A stretch of DNA of 63,524 nucleotides, filler included, from Chiloscyllium plagiosum (lineage: Eukaryota): NCBI RefSeq assembly GCF_004010195.1. It is 4 parts of one record of this genome, joined end to end, with 100 filler letters (N's around TTAATTAATTAA, not from the genome) between each part and the next. Parts side by side here need not be neighbours in the genome. Positions count along the whole stretch, not along the records: positions 52,699 to 63,524 come from NC_057716.1; 3 more parts are not named here. One strand, written 5' to 3'. How positions within the stretch are numbered: position 1 is the first letter of the stretch; each line of letters opens with the position of its first letter. The position numbers were made by a program, and so were the translations under genes. The notes beneath the pieces were generated by a model. The model made no database searches. It saw only the letters and a list, made by a program, of their open reading frames with translations, and was not told the DNA's origin. Of the stretch, positions 62,703 through 63,524 are shown piece by piece.

Positions 62703-63524
62703 CGAATGGGTCTCAGTGCAAGTTGGGCTAAAGGCGACAGAGTTTGGGATGTGTTCAAATTTACAGAGTGCAAAATCAAAGACCAATCAGGGGAACACTG
62801 GAATTGTCACATGACAAACTATTACACCCCTTTAATAAATGTCTTTTTCAAGAGTAAAGCGTCTCAAGGACACAGATAATGAACAGAATGTGGTTGATCA
62901 TTCCTGTTACACATGAGGTATAAAGGGCTTCTCAGTTACCTCATCAAAAAGCTCCATAAATTAGTAAAACATGCTTTTTGTCTTGGAGAAATCTATGCTG
63001 GCTCTCCTTCATTAACCTGCCTTCCTCCATGTGGCTGTTCATTTTGCTCTGAATTATTGTTTCTGGAATGTTTCCAGGATCAAATTTAACCTGATTTGTC
63101 AGTAGCTGCTGTTTGGTCAATTCCTGGTCTCAGTATCCTCAGTACTTATTGGATACTGTCCCAGGGCCTTGTCATGTTAAGTACAGACACAGAGCCAATA
63201 GCCAGTCCTTGTCAGTGTGGAACCCTCTGATTGGCTGACTTATCAAAGGGTGTTGAGTAAGGGCAGGTTTTGTTGGAAAATCAGAGTTTTTCCACTGAGT
63301 TGGGTAATACCTCAGTCAGTGACCCCTCCCCCACTTCCCAGCTACCCCCTTACCCCATCCCACCTACTGCACCCCACCCAAACCACATCCCCCGCCCACA
63401 TATACCAACAGTCACACACCACACCCCATCACACCTCACCCCACCTATACCCACCCCCTAACCCCAGTGCACCTCACCCTCACCCCCACCCACATTGCAC
63501 CCCCGTCAGACCCCATCCCCACCC

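Noticed and set aside
63320..63524. Pro/His-rich ORF at the window end
   Set aside because: Low-complexity C/A-rich sequence.

Overview
This is a vertebrate, almost certainly shark (elasmobranch), genomic window; the inference rests on HE1-type tRNA SINEs sharing a 3' tail with HER1/CR1 LINEs. Most of it is decayed CR1 LINEs, SINEs, minisatellites and four assembly gaps. The only convincing host gene feature is exon 1 of a type III intermediate filament gene, most like desmin (ATG 50415, phase-2 donor at 50942, + strand); exon 2 is not visible in the remaining ~12.6 kb. The most striking structure is about 30 short Penelope-like-element (PLE) derived pieces from roughly five families. Many are head-to-head inverted repeats with 9-15 bp target-site duplications (TSDs) and a 32-43 nt one-sided tail. 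Many carry minimal type I hammerhead ribozyme motifs (CUGANGA-stem II-GAAA-palindromic loop). Highlights: a perfect 194-bp palindrome whose hammerhead has a compensatory U3-A8 core, an insertion that captured an inverted 222-bp copy of neighbouring genomic DNA, and intact sense-strand hammerheads in the desmin-like intron. All analysis was by eye, so repeat boundaries are approximate and no ribozyme activity is shown.
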